From an uncultured virus (IMG/VR IMGVR_UViG_3300023174_000161) (Duplodnaviria > Heunggongvirae > Uroviricota > Caudoviricetes): DNA of 64,000 bases. Shown here in pieces: positions 9,153 through 19,700 of the stretch. Below the pieces are notes generated by a model. It was given only the letters and a program-made list of their open reading frames with translations. It made no database searches and was not told where the DNA came from. Where the stretch lies: the IMG/VR virus record IMGVR_UViG_3300023174_000161. The stretch is one strand, 5' to 3'. The translations under genes and the position numbers were made by a program. The first letter of the stretch is position 1. Every line of letters starts with the position of its first letter.

Positions 9153-9284
9153 ATGCTGGAAATGATACTGCTCACTTTCCAGCTCGTGGGTTTTATGGTG
9201 GTGACTTGGTCGGTCTACTCGATCTGCCTTGGCACGTATTACAGAACCTGCGTGACGATAGAGAAGAAGTTACTTGGACGATGA
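9153..9284 (+). CDS. 43-aa single-pass membrane protein not in ORF track
   Basis: AAAGGA RBS 6 nt upstream; MLEMILLTFQLVGFMVVTWSVYSICLG...KKLLGR. Confidence 0.5.
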   Translation: MLEMILLTFQLVGFMVVTWSVYSICLGTYYRTCVTIEKKLLGR

Positions 9285-9285
9285 T

Positions 9286-9447
9286 TTAGAAATGTTCGCC
9301 TAACCACGTTTCAAAATTGTCCAACTTATTCCCGAGTTCCTCGGGGGTGATGATGCCAAGAGAACAAGCACGTGCAAATTGCAAAATATCGGTGACCTGT
9401 TCTGGAAGTATCGCCAACTCCGGGGACTCGGGAATATTTTTTATCAC
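9286..9447 (-). CDS. 53-aa protein not in ORF track
   Basis: GTG start overlapping upstream stop, AGAAGGA RBS; MIKNIPESPELAILPEQVTDILQFARACSLGIITPEELGNKLDNFETWLGEHF. Confidence 0.45.
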   Translation of the reverse strand: MIKNIPESPELAILPEQVTDILQFARACSLGIITPEELGNKLDNFETWLGEHF

Positions 9448-9545
9448 AATTTGATCCTTCTATGGATCATTATAATTGCTGTATTAAAAATTGCAAGCAT
9501 CACAACCCAGCCAAGCCACAGAATATCGCGCCTGGTGTTCTTCAT
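9444..9545 (-). CDS. 33-aa hydrophobic peptide not in ORF track
   Basis: MKNTRRDILWLGWVVMLAIFNTAIIMIHRRIKL; one TM with basic flanks. Confidence 0.45.
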   Translation of the reverse strand: MKNTRRDILWLGWVVMLAIFNTAIIMIHRRIKL

Positions 9546-9569
9546 TTCTGCCAGTTTGTCCTAGCCATA

Positions 9570-9597
9570 TTGACTTGGCAATCCATCCCCTCAACAT
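9570..9597 (+). promoter_or_regulatory. sigma70-type promoter for the 9604 ORF
   Basis: TTGACT-N16-CAACAT, GTG start 6 nt downstream. Confidence 0.45.
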
Positions 9598-9603
9598 TGA
9601 ATT

Positions 9604-9846
9604 GTGCCCAAGAAGCTCGCCGAAGCAAAGTTCGGAGGATTATCCGAACAGTTTCTCCGTGTGTTGTTAGCAGCCGCAACTGTGGATAACAAATCGGAGG
9701 AGTTGGTTATTACCCGAAGGGCTTTCCACGACCTGCATGACAAACTAAAAAAAGGTTACCACCCCGACATGGATGTTTGGTACGAGGATGGTGAGCTTCA
9801 CGTGAAGCTTGAGTGGAGCAAGCTTCCTATTATTGGTAGTCGTTAA
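9604..9846 (+). CDS. hypothetical protein
   Basis: 80-aa ORF; stop overlaps convergent stop (TTAA). Confidence 0.55.
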   Translation: MPKKLAEAKFGGLSEQFLRVLLAAATVDNKSEELVITRRAFHDLHDKLKKGYHPDMDVWYEDGELHVKLEWSKLPIIGSR

Positions 9847-11186
9847 CGACTTACCTCTTCCCAATCCAACGAGCCTAATACCTTTGCGTTGTTTTCACTT
9901 CCTGCAACCTCCAATACAAGTTCATAAGTCGCACCAGTAATCCCATTGCGCTCGAGTTGAGATTTAAACAAAGCTTCTTTTAGAATATTAACTGACGATA
10001 TGGATTGGTTTGCTGTTGCAACATACCCGCTAGCCAATACTCTTCCACCGCTAACAGAAGTAGCTGTTAAATTATACTCCACAGCGGAGTCACTTCCTGC
10101 ACTAACCCATGTACCGCCAGTCGTTACCGAACTTTGAACTAATCTCCAATTAAGATTTGGATTTCCAGCAGAAGTGTCTGGCATGATACAAGCAGCAGTC
10201 AGAATAATAATAGCATCAAGTCGATCAACTGATGAGGGAGGAATATTCTCAAAAGACTTAAGTCTTAGTGATACGATTGGATAATATGTTCCAGCCGTTG
10301 CTAAAGTTCTTGGAGTTTGAATTGGAGTTCCAACGGCTTGTTGCGCTCCATTTAATTGATATCCTCCCTCTGATATTACTGTAGAACAAACCTGCTTCAT
10401 TGTACTTACACTCGAGGTAGCATCGGTATTGGATATTTCGTAGCGAAGTGGAAGACTTGCCGTAGTAATATAAGTTGATGTGATTAAGTTTGCATGGTGA
10501 AAAGAATGACAAGTAATGAACTGCCCGTTAATAATAAAACCAATACGAACAGTCCCAAGACCAAGCCACTCAATATCCATCCAAAGAATTTGCGCTTTGG
10601 TTATATCAAGAGTTAAACCAGAAGCTCCAGTACCGTCTAATTTGTCTCCATTCCAATCAGCTTGGAGTACGGGTGTTTCCGTTATAGACCCAGTGACCAA
10701 AGAACGTTCTACAAATGTTAAAGCATTGCCCCAAAGTTCAAGATAAATTCCATTCTCAAATCCAAAATATCCAACTCTTTGGCGCAAATGATTTTTTGCC
10801 CCAGTCATAATGAAAGTATTCATTACGAGCAACGATTTTCCTGGTTGATATGAAAATACTTTTGTTGTCTCTCGTATAATTTCGTCTCCACTTGCATTCC
10901 CAACAGTAAGATCAACCAGACCTTGAGCGGAGTTGAAAGTTGTTGAACCTGTACCGTAAATTTGAGTAGACCAAAGACCATTGTCTCGATACCTATGGCT
11001 GGAATCAAACAAAGTAAACGGAGGGGATATTTTTAAACGACCAAATGCGTCCGTAGGGAACGACCCAATAATACCACCAGCTCCACCACTCGAAAGGTTA
11101 TCAAGGCTACTGGAGATCTTCTGGAGACTGCGAACCTCTGTGTCAGACCAGAGAGGTGTGTTATTCTCTGGGAAATATTCTGGCAT
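9843..11186 (-). CDS. putative virion structural/fibre protein (beta-rich)
   Basis: TDAFGRL..PFTLFDSSHRY, WMDIEWLGLGTVRIGF motifs recalled from aquatic phage proteins; last gene of late operon. Confidence 0.6.
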   Translation of the reverse strand: MPEYFPENNTPLWSDTEVRSLQKISSSLDNLSSGGAGGIIGSFPTDAFGRLKISPPFTLFDSSHRYRDNGLWSTQIYGTGSTTFNSAQGLVDLTVGNASGDEIIRETTKVFSYQPGKSLLVMNTFIMTGAKNHLRQRVGYFGFENGIYLELWGNALTFVERSLVTGSITETPVLQADWNGDKLDGTGASGLTLDITKAQILWMDIEWLGLGTVRIGFIINGQFITCHSFHHANLITSTYITTASLPLRYEISNTDATSSVSTMKQVCSTVISEGGYQLNGAQQAVGTPIQTPRTLATAGTYYPIVSLRLKSFENIPPSSVDRLDAIIILTAACIMPDTSAGNPNLNWRLVQSSVTTGGTWVSAGSDSAVEYNLTATSVSGGRVLASGYVATANQSISSVNILKEALFKSQLERNGITGATYELVLEVAGSENNAKVLGSLDWEEVSR

Positions 11187-11200
11187 AGTACTCTAACCGA

Positions 11201-11959
11201 TTACACTATAGTTGCGTATCTTCCGAGTCCTGTTTTTTGTAGGGTGGGAGCTTCAAATTTTGATCTACCATAATACAAAGTTTTTGAACCCAAGGAAGGA
11301 GCATTTATTGTTAAACTTTCTATAGCATTTCTGTCCTCGAGTCCACTTACTTTTTGAGCTACTTTTGTAGGATCTAATTGATTTTGCATCCATGAAGCTG
11401 GTAATAAAGACCCAGCTCCGTATATCCCCTTAAATGCTCCAGTCTTTTCTTGACCCGCTCCTGTACCCCCACCAATTACTTTTTGAGCTGCCGAGCCAAC
11501 TTCAATTACTCCGGTTTTTGTCTTCGCCATTTCCTGAGCTCTTTGGGCTTGAGCATAAGCAGTATCATAAGCTCTTTCCTGACCTTGCATTTTTGCTTGC
11601 AAGTCAGATTCTTGTTTCATTGCTCTTTCAGCCAAAGTCAAAGCTTCTGGATCCCACTTTCTTAGAGGACCTTGAAACCCCTTTAAATACCCTTGCCCAG
11701 GATCTAGATATTGACCTAAAACAGCTTCTGCCGCCTGAGATCCTGACCGCCTTAACTCATCTATTTTAAACCTTGAATCATAATCCGATACCCTCTTCAT
11801 GTTATTGTTTTGAATTCTTTGGTAACCCGTGGAATACTTATCCGCATTAAAAAATGAATTAGAAGATAATCCTGGATAACGATATCCACTGTCGGGCAAT
11901 GAAATTGATTGCCCAATACCGGTACTTAAAGATCCTGAAGTTGAAGTTGGCTGAGCCAT
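11201..11959 (-). CDS. hypothetical (possible internal virion) protein
   Basis: 252-aa ORF, G/A/Q-rich. Confidence 0.55.
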   Translation of the reverse strand: MAQPTSTSGSLSTGIGQSISLPDSGYRYPGLSSNSFFNADKYSTGYQRIQNNNMKRVSDYDSRFKIDELRRSGSQAAEAVLGQYLDPGQGYLKGFQGPLRKWDPEALTLAERAMKQESDLQAKMQGQERAYDTAYAQAQRAQEMAKTKTGVIEVGSAAQKVIGGGTGAGQEKTGAFKGIYGAGSLLPASWMQNQLDPTKVAQKVSGLEDRNAIESLTINAPSLGSKTLYYGRSKFEAPTLQKTGLGRYATIV

Positions 11960-11960
11960 T

Positions 11961-12104
11961 TTATTTCCCTAATCCTCTCTTAGCTCTAGCTTGAAAAACT
12001 TTTTTGCCTAGTTTCTTACGGCCAATCCACGCAGCCAAAGCTTTAGGATCATCCGCCCCTTTGGCGGATAGACTTTTTACAAGTTTGGCGTAGCCCATCT
12101 TCAT
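11961..12104 (-). CDS. 47-aa very basic protein not in ORF track
   Basis: MKMGYAKLVKSLSAKGADDPKALAAWIGRKKLGKKVFQARAKRGLGK; fills gap exactly. Confidence 0.7.
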   Translation of the reverse strand: MKMGYAKLVKSLSAKGADDPKALAAWIGRKKLGKKVFQARAKRGLGK

Positions 12105-12105
12105 G

Positions 12106-12261
12106 TTATTTGTTTTTAGATTTTCCGGCAGCGCTCAAGGCAATAGCAATAATCTGAGCTCGGCTACGGCTTTTGCCTCCAGCTCCACGCTCTTTGCCTT
12201 TCTTCTTATTGTCAGCATAGAGTTCGCTGATGTTGGCTGATACGTTTTTTCCTAATGGCAT
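12106..12261 (-). CDS. 51-aa very basic protein not in ORF track
   Basis: AAGGAG RBS; MPLGKNVSANISELYADNKKK...QIIAIALSAAGKSKNK. Confidence 0.7.
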   Translation of the reverse strand: MPLGKNVSANISELYADNKKKGKERGAGGKSRSRAQIIAIALSAAGKSKNK

Positions 12262-12272
12262 ATAGTTCTCCT

Positions 12273-12698
12273 TTATACTTGTTCTTCTACTGCCTCTACA
12301 AAACTTTTATTTTTATTTTCTTTTGAGTCATCTAGTGGGCCACCAACAATCCAGGCTTTGCAAGTACGCTTTGACGCGCACTTAAAATCAAAAGCTTCGC
12401 AGTATCCAAGGTCCCCGGCATCAATGGTAGCCCATTCATCTCCCTGGTCTTTTCCAAGTCCTTGGGCAATACAGTTTTTGATTCGGGTTGTGACGTTGAA
12501 AGCAGCACAGTTTCCACACCTGGATTTCTTAGCTTCTTCGGGTGAGGTGTTGAACTCTTGCCCGAGTTTAGTCCAGTAGTCTTCATTAGGTTCGTTGGGG
12601 TTCATTGGCCCGTACATTGCCGTCTGTATAGCTTTCTTTCTATTGCGTAAATTAGCTGCAATATCTTGTGTCTCAACAGGGCAGGCTTTAACAGGCAT
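12273..12698 (-). CDS. Cys-rich phage protein (HiPIP-like pattern)
   Basis: CGNCAAF...GYCEAFDFKCASKRTCKAW. Confidence 0.7.
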   Translation of the reverse strand: MPVKACPVETQDIAANLRNRKKAIQTAMYGPMNPNEPNEDYWTKLGQEFNTSPEEAKKSRCGNCAAFNVTTRIKNCIAQGLGKDQGDEWATIDAGDLGYCEAFDFKCASKRTCKAWIVGGPLDDSKENKNKSFVEAVEEQV

Positions 12699-12708
12699 AA
12701 CTTTTAGT

Positions 12709-12918
12709 TTACTTGGACTCCTCTAGATCGTCAACACCATCTTCATCTTTATCCCGAAAAGAACTAGGGTCTCTAGTAAAAATTTTCTTTGCTAACATAT
12801 AGCGTTCTTCAGCAGTCATTTCCGTCCAGACTTCCGTCTTACCCCTTGGTTTCCAAGCAATTAGAGCTATAACAATAAAAGCAAAAAAGAATACCGGCCA
12901 AAGGCTCAGCAACTCCAC
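12709..12918 (-). CDS. small membrane protein with DxDxDG tail
   Basis: N-terminal TM; DKDEDGVDD. Confidence 0.55.
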   Translation of the reverse strand: MELLSLWPVFFFAFIVIALIAWKPRGKTEVWTEMTAEERYMLAKKIFTRDPSSFRDKDEDGVDDLEESK

Positions 12919-13172
12919 AAAACCTTTCTGGCCCAGTAGTTGGCCGAGAGTTTTCCATCGCCTCCCTTAATCCCACCTGATCTGGCGCAATAACTTTTAC
13001 GTCTCTTCTGACTGTGGTGCTGTGTGTAATCCTTCATTGAACTATCTCCAAAATGAATGAGCTTTTCTTGCCCACCCGAACAAGCTTTGACAACCTTCTT
13101 CTTGCCCGGTCTCCACGACTTACGTGGTTGATTACAGGGCATGTCAGCTTTGCTGGATTTGCCTAAAGGCAT
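12906..13172 (-). CDS. small basic phage protein
   Basis: KLIHFGD...RRKSYCARS...SANYWARKVLW pattern recalled from phage hypotheticals. Confidence 0.7.
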   Translation of the reverse strand: MPLGKSSKADMPCNQPRKSWRPGKKKVVKACSGGQEKLIHFGDSSMKDYTQHHSQKRRKSYCARSGGIKGGDGKLSANYWARKVLWSC

Positions 13173-13720
13173 TATCGTTCTCCGGTTTGGCCCATCCTCG
13201 AATCAATGATTCCTTGATCTAAAACCGGCAACTTCTTAAGGATCATATCCATGTCCTTTGAAATCTTTTGAAGGTTGGTGGTATAAGGCTGAAGGCCACC
13301 GGTAAAATATCCACCCTGTTTTAAACCAGATGCATATCCCGCCACGTTGGTGGCCGACAAAGCCCCACTATAACGAGGCATCTGAAGCTTCTTGGTCCAG
13401 TCTTCAAAGAATTGGTTGGGACTTTCGTAGGTTTTAAAAGGTTCTTTTGTCGGGGTATTTTGTACTCCTTCGGTGGTGGGCATAACCGCTTGCGGTTCCC
13501 CAGCTTTAGCTTTAACCCCGCCAAGATTGTTGTATTGTTTCGCCAACTCAGACTCACCGTAGCCCGACTCCAAAGCTGTCTGCGCCAGAACCCAGGACGG
13601 ATCAATCCCCAAATCCATAGCCGCTTTCATAGCCGGAGAAAACATCTTCTTGACATAAGCAATTTTCTTTTCGGCCTGAGGGCCTAGCTGTTGTTTCCAA
13701 TCTTGGGTTTCGTCGGCCAT
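13172..13720 (-). CDS. GH73 glucosaminidase (FlgJ-like peptidoglycan hydrolase), probably virion-associated
   Basis: LAQTALESGYG, NNLGGVKA, LKQGGYFT motifs. Confidence 0.85.
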   Translation of the reverse strand: MADETQDWKQQLGPQAEKKIAYVKKMFSPAMKAAMDLGIDPSWVLAQTALESGYGESELAKQYNNLGGVKAKAGEPQAVMPTTEGVQNTPTKEPFKTYESPNQFFEDWTKKLQMPRYSGALSATNVAGYASGLKQGGYFTGGLQPYTTNLQKISKDMDMILKKLPVLDQGIIDSRMGQTGER

Positions 13721-13733
13721 GGCTTTATTCTAA

Positions 13734-16700
13734 TTACTTTCTTTCTGGAAACAAGATACCTTCTTGATTTTTTTCAAGGAGGACTTGATATAGAACGGCC
13801 TTCTTGACGGGGTTAACAATCATCGGAACGATTGTCATAAACTCTGCTCGGGTCATCTTTTCCAGTTGGGGAATCCTGGCTCCAAGCTGCTGCTGGATGA
13901 TGGGGCCGGCGCGTTGCATCCATTCATACTTCTCGTCGGTTGTTAGTTCGCGTCTTAGCTGGAAGAAATCGTCATAGGTAATAGGTTCTTTATTAGCTTC
14001 TTTCTGGGCAATCAGTTCCTGCATGGCAAAGTCCTTGAGGGTGCCCGCGTCCCAGCTTAGCGAGAATCGATTGCTAGCAAACATGGATATCAGTTTGTCG
14101 TGGACAGCTTGCGGAGTCCGCTTGCCCTCGTCGTAGCTCACCGAATCAACACCCGAAGTAGTGAGTCGGCGGACAAACGGAACGGTATTCGCTAGTTGCG
14201 TTCTTACGTTACCGCCAAGGAAATCTAGATCGGGCTTTCCTACCTTTGAAGCAAAAGGAACCGATAGGGCAAAGGTTGACAGGAAATTATTTTGATACGG
14301 CCTAGCGCTAGGTGCTCCGGTAAATCCGTTCCATACTTGTTCGATGTCGCGCAACGTGGCGTAGCCTGGGATAAGACCACCGACTACATTGCCAAATGTC
14401 TTAGTCAAGTTGGTCATAATTCCTTTGGCATCTTTCGTTCCGGGTCCAGGGGATGTAAGCGACATGATCTGTCGGATACCAGAGAGAGCGGCCATGTCCA
14501 TAATTCCGTACATCGCCAACGCCCCACCCGTAATCGCACCGTTGAGGATAGCTTCTGACTTGGAACGTTTGTCGTATCGCACTGATTCTGCGATTGCTCC
14601 TGCAAGGATCAGAGGCCCGGAAATACCAACGGGGAAACCTTCAAAGCTGAAGAACTGAGGTGATCCATCTTTGAATCGTCCCACTTGGATAGAGCGAAGC
14701 TTTCCGCCGGCAGCAAAGAAAGCTTCACGCTGGGCTGGATCATTAGGTCCTTTGAAGTGAATCATGAAGTAGGGATCGTCCTCGCCACTCATAGCTTCCT
14801 TGAGGCCGTAGATCAAAGCCCCGGTAAGGATGTATCCAAGCGTCATCTTTCCTACGAGAAGATCATGTTCTACCGTTCCGGGAACGGCTGGAGGACGATA
14901 GTATTTAGTGTCCTTCAGCATAGCCGCTGATCCGCGATACAACCGAACAGTGGAGGTTACTGGCATAAAGTTAAGAACTTCATTGGCCAAACTAGATCCG
15001 GTCTTCAAGAACTTAATGACTAACCGCAAAGGCCAAGCCTTGGAGGACATCGCTGTCAGGCCATCGGCGAGCAGACCAAACCAACCTTCAAAATTATTTG
15101 TATAAGTAGATTGAGCTGCAAACGTTTTAGCTTTTTCAGCTAGATTCTTTACCTCTTCTTCGTCCGGCCTTCCTTGTTCTAGAATTTCTTCGACTCTCAA
15201 GGATTCCTGATCGGGCGTGAGATTAAATTCTTCAGCTTCAGCTGCTGCCTTAGCTTCCGCCCTAACGCGAGCCTCAGGAGATTGGTTCAACAACCGAGCA
15301 ACTTCTAGCTCAATCTCTTCCTGACTCTTTAATCCTTTTTCAATAGCAATATTTGTTGCCTCCGCAATTTCATACATCTTCTTGGATGAAATTTTATTTA
15401 TGGCGTCACCAGCTGCCATAGAACGACCGAAGAAAATGAAGGGCGCCAAAGCTCCATACTTACTGCTGATGAATTTGGAGTCTAGTGGGATACGATATTC
15501 TTGACCAAGTATATTGACTGGAAGTTCAGGTTTTACAGCTCCAGGTTTCTTTGCCCGATAAGCTTCAGCCTGAGATACAATAGCCTCCCAAATGTTTACG
15601 CCACCAAGTTCCTGCGTTAGAGCGTCCTGAACCGCTGAGTAATCTCCCTTGAAAAAGATATTAGCAGCCGCTTTGAGGGCAGGCTTTTCTCCAATCAAAA
15701 TTGCAGAGTTCAAAGCTTTGGCAGCGTCAATATAAGCTTTAGATCTAGCCTTATCTCCAACCATTCCCTTTACAAACCCCATACTCCCAAGGATTGCTGC
15801 GTTTAGTTCATTGCTTGCCGTAGCTGACCAAGCATTGATCCCAATAGTTCCAATACCTGCAAGTAAGTTAGACGTTTGATAATTAACAAGTAGCTCGCCC
15901 CATACTTGTGGAGATACCAATTTGATATACTGGTACATCTCAGAAATTTTTCTATTGCGGATCATTCCCACTGGGTACAGCGGAAGATCTTCGATCATCT
16001 TGTTAAGCTTGTTGCGCTCGGCTCCGGTAAGCTCGGGCAATCCAAGCTGAGACCGCATCTGCATAAACACTTCGCTGTCGGTCAACACGCCAAGATTTGT
16101 CGCCTCGATAAGTTTGTCCAGGGCAGAACGCATCTTACGAGTCTTACGTTCTTTTTTCTTCTCAAATTTTTTCTTTATGTTTTCAAGTTCTTTTTTTCTC
16201 TCTTCGGCGATAAGTTCGGTCATGCCGTCGCGAAGGAAGTCGAGAACTTCTTTCTTTTGAGCTTCGTCAAGATTAGTATTCTGGGTAAGCAAAGCCCCCA
16301 TCTTATTTTCAAAGTCCATGATGTCGCCACGGCTGGAACGGATGAGGCTACGGATATTTGTCTGTGGGCCTCCAATAGATTCCAACGAACGGACGGCTTG
16401 CTTTAAGCTGGACACGGCAAAGGGTCGGCCAAAAGCTTCCTCAATGAAAGGCTCAAGCCCAATCAACTCTTCTTCCTTGTAGTTGTTGCGGAGCGAATTG
16501 CGCACATTACTAATGAACTCCTGAACGTTGGGATACTTGGCGATACGATCCTTCAAAACTTCGGCTTCTGTCGGCTTGGGTTCTGGCTCAAACGCGGGCT
16601 GCAATCCGCCCATTTCCTTTGTGCGCTGAGCAATCAATCTGCGGATACGGGCTGCAAATTCTTCGAGGGCATCCTTTACTTTGGGCTCTTGCTGGAGACG

Positions 16701-19700
16701 AGCGGCTTGTTTCTGGAGAGCATCTGCCGAGGCTTCAGCCAACTCCGCCAACTTAGACGGAGCATCCGACGGAATTATTACCGGTGCTTCTTGCGCCGCT
16801 TTTGCTTTTGCTTGCGTGGCTCGTTGGATTGCTTCACCTCGTGTGGCGGGGGGAGCGACAACTTCGCCAGCCTCGCCACCTTGCGCACCAGCCTCTCTCG
16901 CCCTTGCTGCCCGTAGCGCTTTAGCTCCGTATGATTCGAGTGCGTATGTGAGGGAAGCGTCAAAATAAAGTTCGACCTTTCGTCTAACGTTATCTTGGTT
17001 CTTTGCGTCACGCAAGGCCGGAACCAACATTACTAACCGTTTGATCTCATCGGCAGAAGCGGCAGTCTCGCGGGGGTTTTCAGAACGTTGAATAAGCTCG
17101 AGAATAATACGGCCAAGCGCTCGAGTCTGTTTGGGATCGAGGCGAATGTCGTCTGCCTCTCCTCCGCCAACTTCGGGTGCGGCCGTAAGATCGGCTCCGA
17201 GGAACTCAACTCCATCCTTATTGGCATCTTCGCTGGCAAGATAATCGGCGAGCACGGCCTGAATCTGTGATACAGTCCCGCCCTTTTTATTTAGATCAAC
17301 AAGTTTTCCAAGCTGATCAAGGGTCTTTTGCATCTTTTTGCTGGTTGTTAATTTGTCCGCAGCTCGACGGCTAGCATCCGTCAATCCAGATGCAATTTCA
17401 TTTTCCTCCGATTTGTAAGCCACAAGGCGCCCTTTGATTGCGCTATCAATTTGTTTCCCGACATACATCTTCATGGCTTCTGAATTGGTGGACAATTCTC
17501 CGAGAGCGTTCCATAGATCTACGGTACGTCCTGGATCAGTCCCATATTTTTTGCTTAGCAAAAGCATAACGTCGGCCAACTGTTCGCGCGCAAATCTATC
17601 GGTCTTAGCTTTTTCACCTAGACCCTTGGCCAACTCAAATCCGATTGCGCCCTGTAAAGGAAGCGAAGATTTAATATTCCCGCCCAAGAAGGCATTGAGT
17701 GTATTATCAAATCCGTAAGTGCCGATGTATTGACGGGCATCCTCAAACTGCTGTTCGCGAGGGACGGACATATAATACCAAGCATCGAGTAACTTATCCT
17801 TAGTCTTTCCTTCTGGAAGTGAATCCGCAAATTTAGTTACAATATTTTTTACAGCTTGGCTTTCACGAATCTCGGGTGCGGGAGCCGCTACCAAACGACG
17901 AGCATAGTTGTCGTATCCAGCCCTACCGATAGCTGCAATCAAAGCACCTCGATTATTGTAAGTATAAGTCTTACCATCAAAAATAATTTCATTGCGATCT
18001 TCAAACATTTTGGCGACGGTATTTGCCACAGCTCCGGCGGATGTTTTGGCGCTGGTAGGATATGACGGATAGAACCCAATCTTTACGTTGTACTTTCCAT
18101 ACTCGGAAGGTTCAGTCAAATTCACTGGCTCAGTCGTGGCCACAAAAGCTGCAACTGGCAACGACTCACCCGACTCTTCCATACCTTCCGCAATCTCAAG
18201 GGCTTTGTTGGCGATACCTGGAAGGCTTGCTCGGCCACCATCCATGACGGACTTAGTCGCGGCCCTGAACAAATTGCGCTCTTGATTCGTGATTATTCCG
18301 CGACGAGCTGCAACATCCAAGCCGTCGAGCCAATCGTTCACATCAACTGTTTTGAACAGGTCGTCAGCCGCGGTGACTCCAAATACGCCATCCGTTCGGC
18401 CTTCAAGATGGTTCTCAATCATGCGATAGATTCGAAGATCGTAGGAGTCAAACTTGTTCGAGGGGCGAGGAGACGTTGGAGAGCGACCAGGTTCTGGTGC
18501 CGGAACGGGTCCAGGTTTTGATTCATCCATGAAATACTTGGAAGTCTTTCTAAGATTAGAAATGGAATCTTCGATGCTTTGACGCATTGCCAAGCGATCC
18601 GTGGCTTGAGGGGCAAGACCTAATCCACGCTTGACTACGGTAGCCATGCTGTCAAACCACACTCCGAGTCTGGCGAGAACGGATTTTGGTTCTTGTCCTA
18701 TTAAATCTTTCAACCGGTTTGTAGCCCTGGCTACATCTTTCGGATTAACGGATGTAAATTGTTGTGTGATTCCTCCGGTAAGAGCATTTTCTGTAAGCAG
18801 TTCAATTCCTTCCGCTGTTACCTGATATGGATCATTTGCCATAGCAAGTATTTTTCCTTGGACACCACTATCAGTAATATCTGACCCTTCGGAAGAATAA
18901 TAGGTTCTTGCAATACCAAGTCGTGTCGCCTGACTCATTCCTTCTCCAATCGCAGTCAGTTCTTCAACTGGGTCAAGCCCCATTTCTCTATAGTATCTAA
19001 AAGTTTCTACGTGTATTGTTTCATGCAATAAAACTCTAGTTAAATAAGATTTAAAATCTTTTGCTGATATCCGAGATTTACCGACAGCCAGTTTTTCGGG
19101 GTTGATAATAATTGTGTCAGATTCATTATCGGTTCCAGGCTGAGCGGCAACGCTATGCTCTGCCGTAGGAGATACTAAAACATTATAAGTACGAGGCTGA
19201 CCTTTTGCGTCTTTAAAGGTAACCGTATTGTCTTTGTAGTTAGCTCCAAGAACGGAAGTTAGTTCCGTGTCTACAAACTTTTGTTGTTCGGCGGTCGCTT
19301 CGTTTGTTTCCTTGACGGGAGCCACAACTTCTTCAGCCCTAAGACCTTCAAATCCCGCTCCGACGGTTGCGTCAAGCAATCGCAATTTGGCTCGCATACG
19401 GCCGATGGTATTCTGATCAATCTCGGCCTGAGACTCCAAGAACACAATGCTGGGACGGCTGGCGCTGTCCACGCGCCAGACGCGGTAGATAAGCTGGACC
19501 GCCTGGATTGCACTGATCGGCGGAGACAGAATGATCATCTCCCGTGACTCGTCACCGAACTTGTCATCCAATTCGATTCCGGTTCCGCCCATTTCCTTAG
19601 TGGCAATCAGAACATCGGCCTCACCTTCATTAAAGGAAGCCATTGCTTGTTCCTTGGTCTGCTCTGAACCAGTGTACATCCGGGCGATCTTGAGAGTCGG

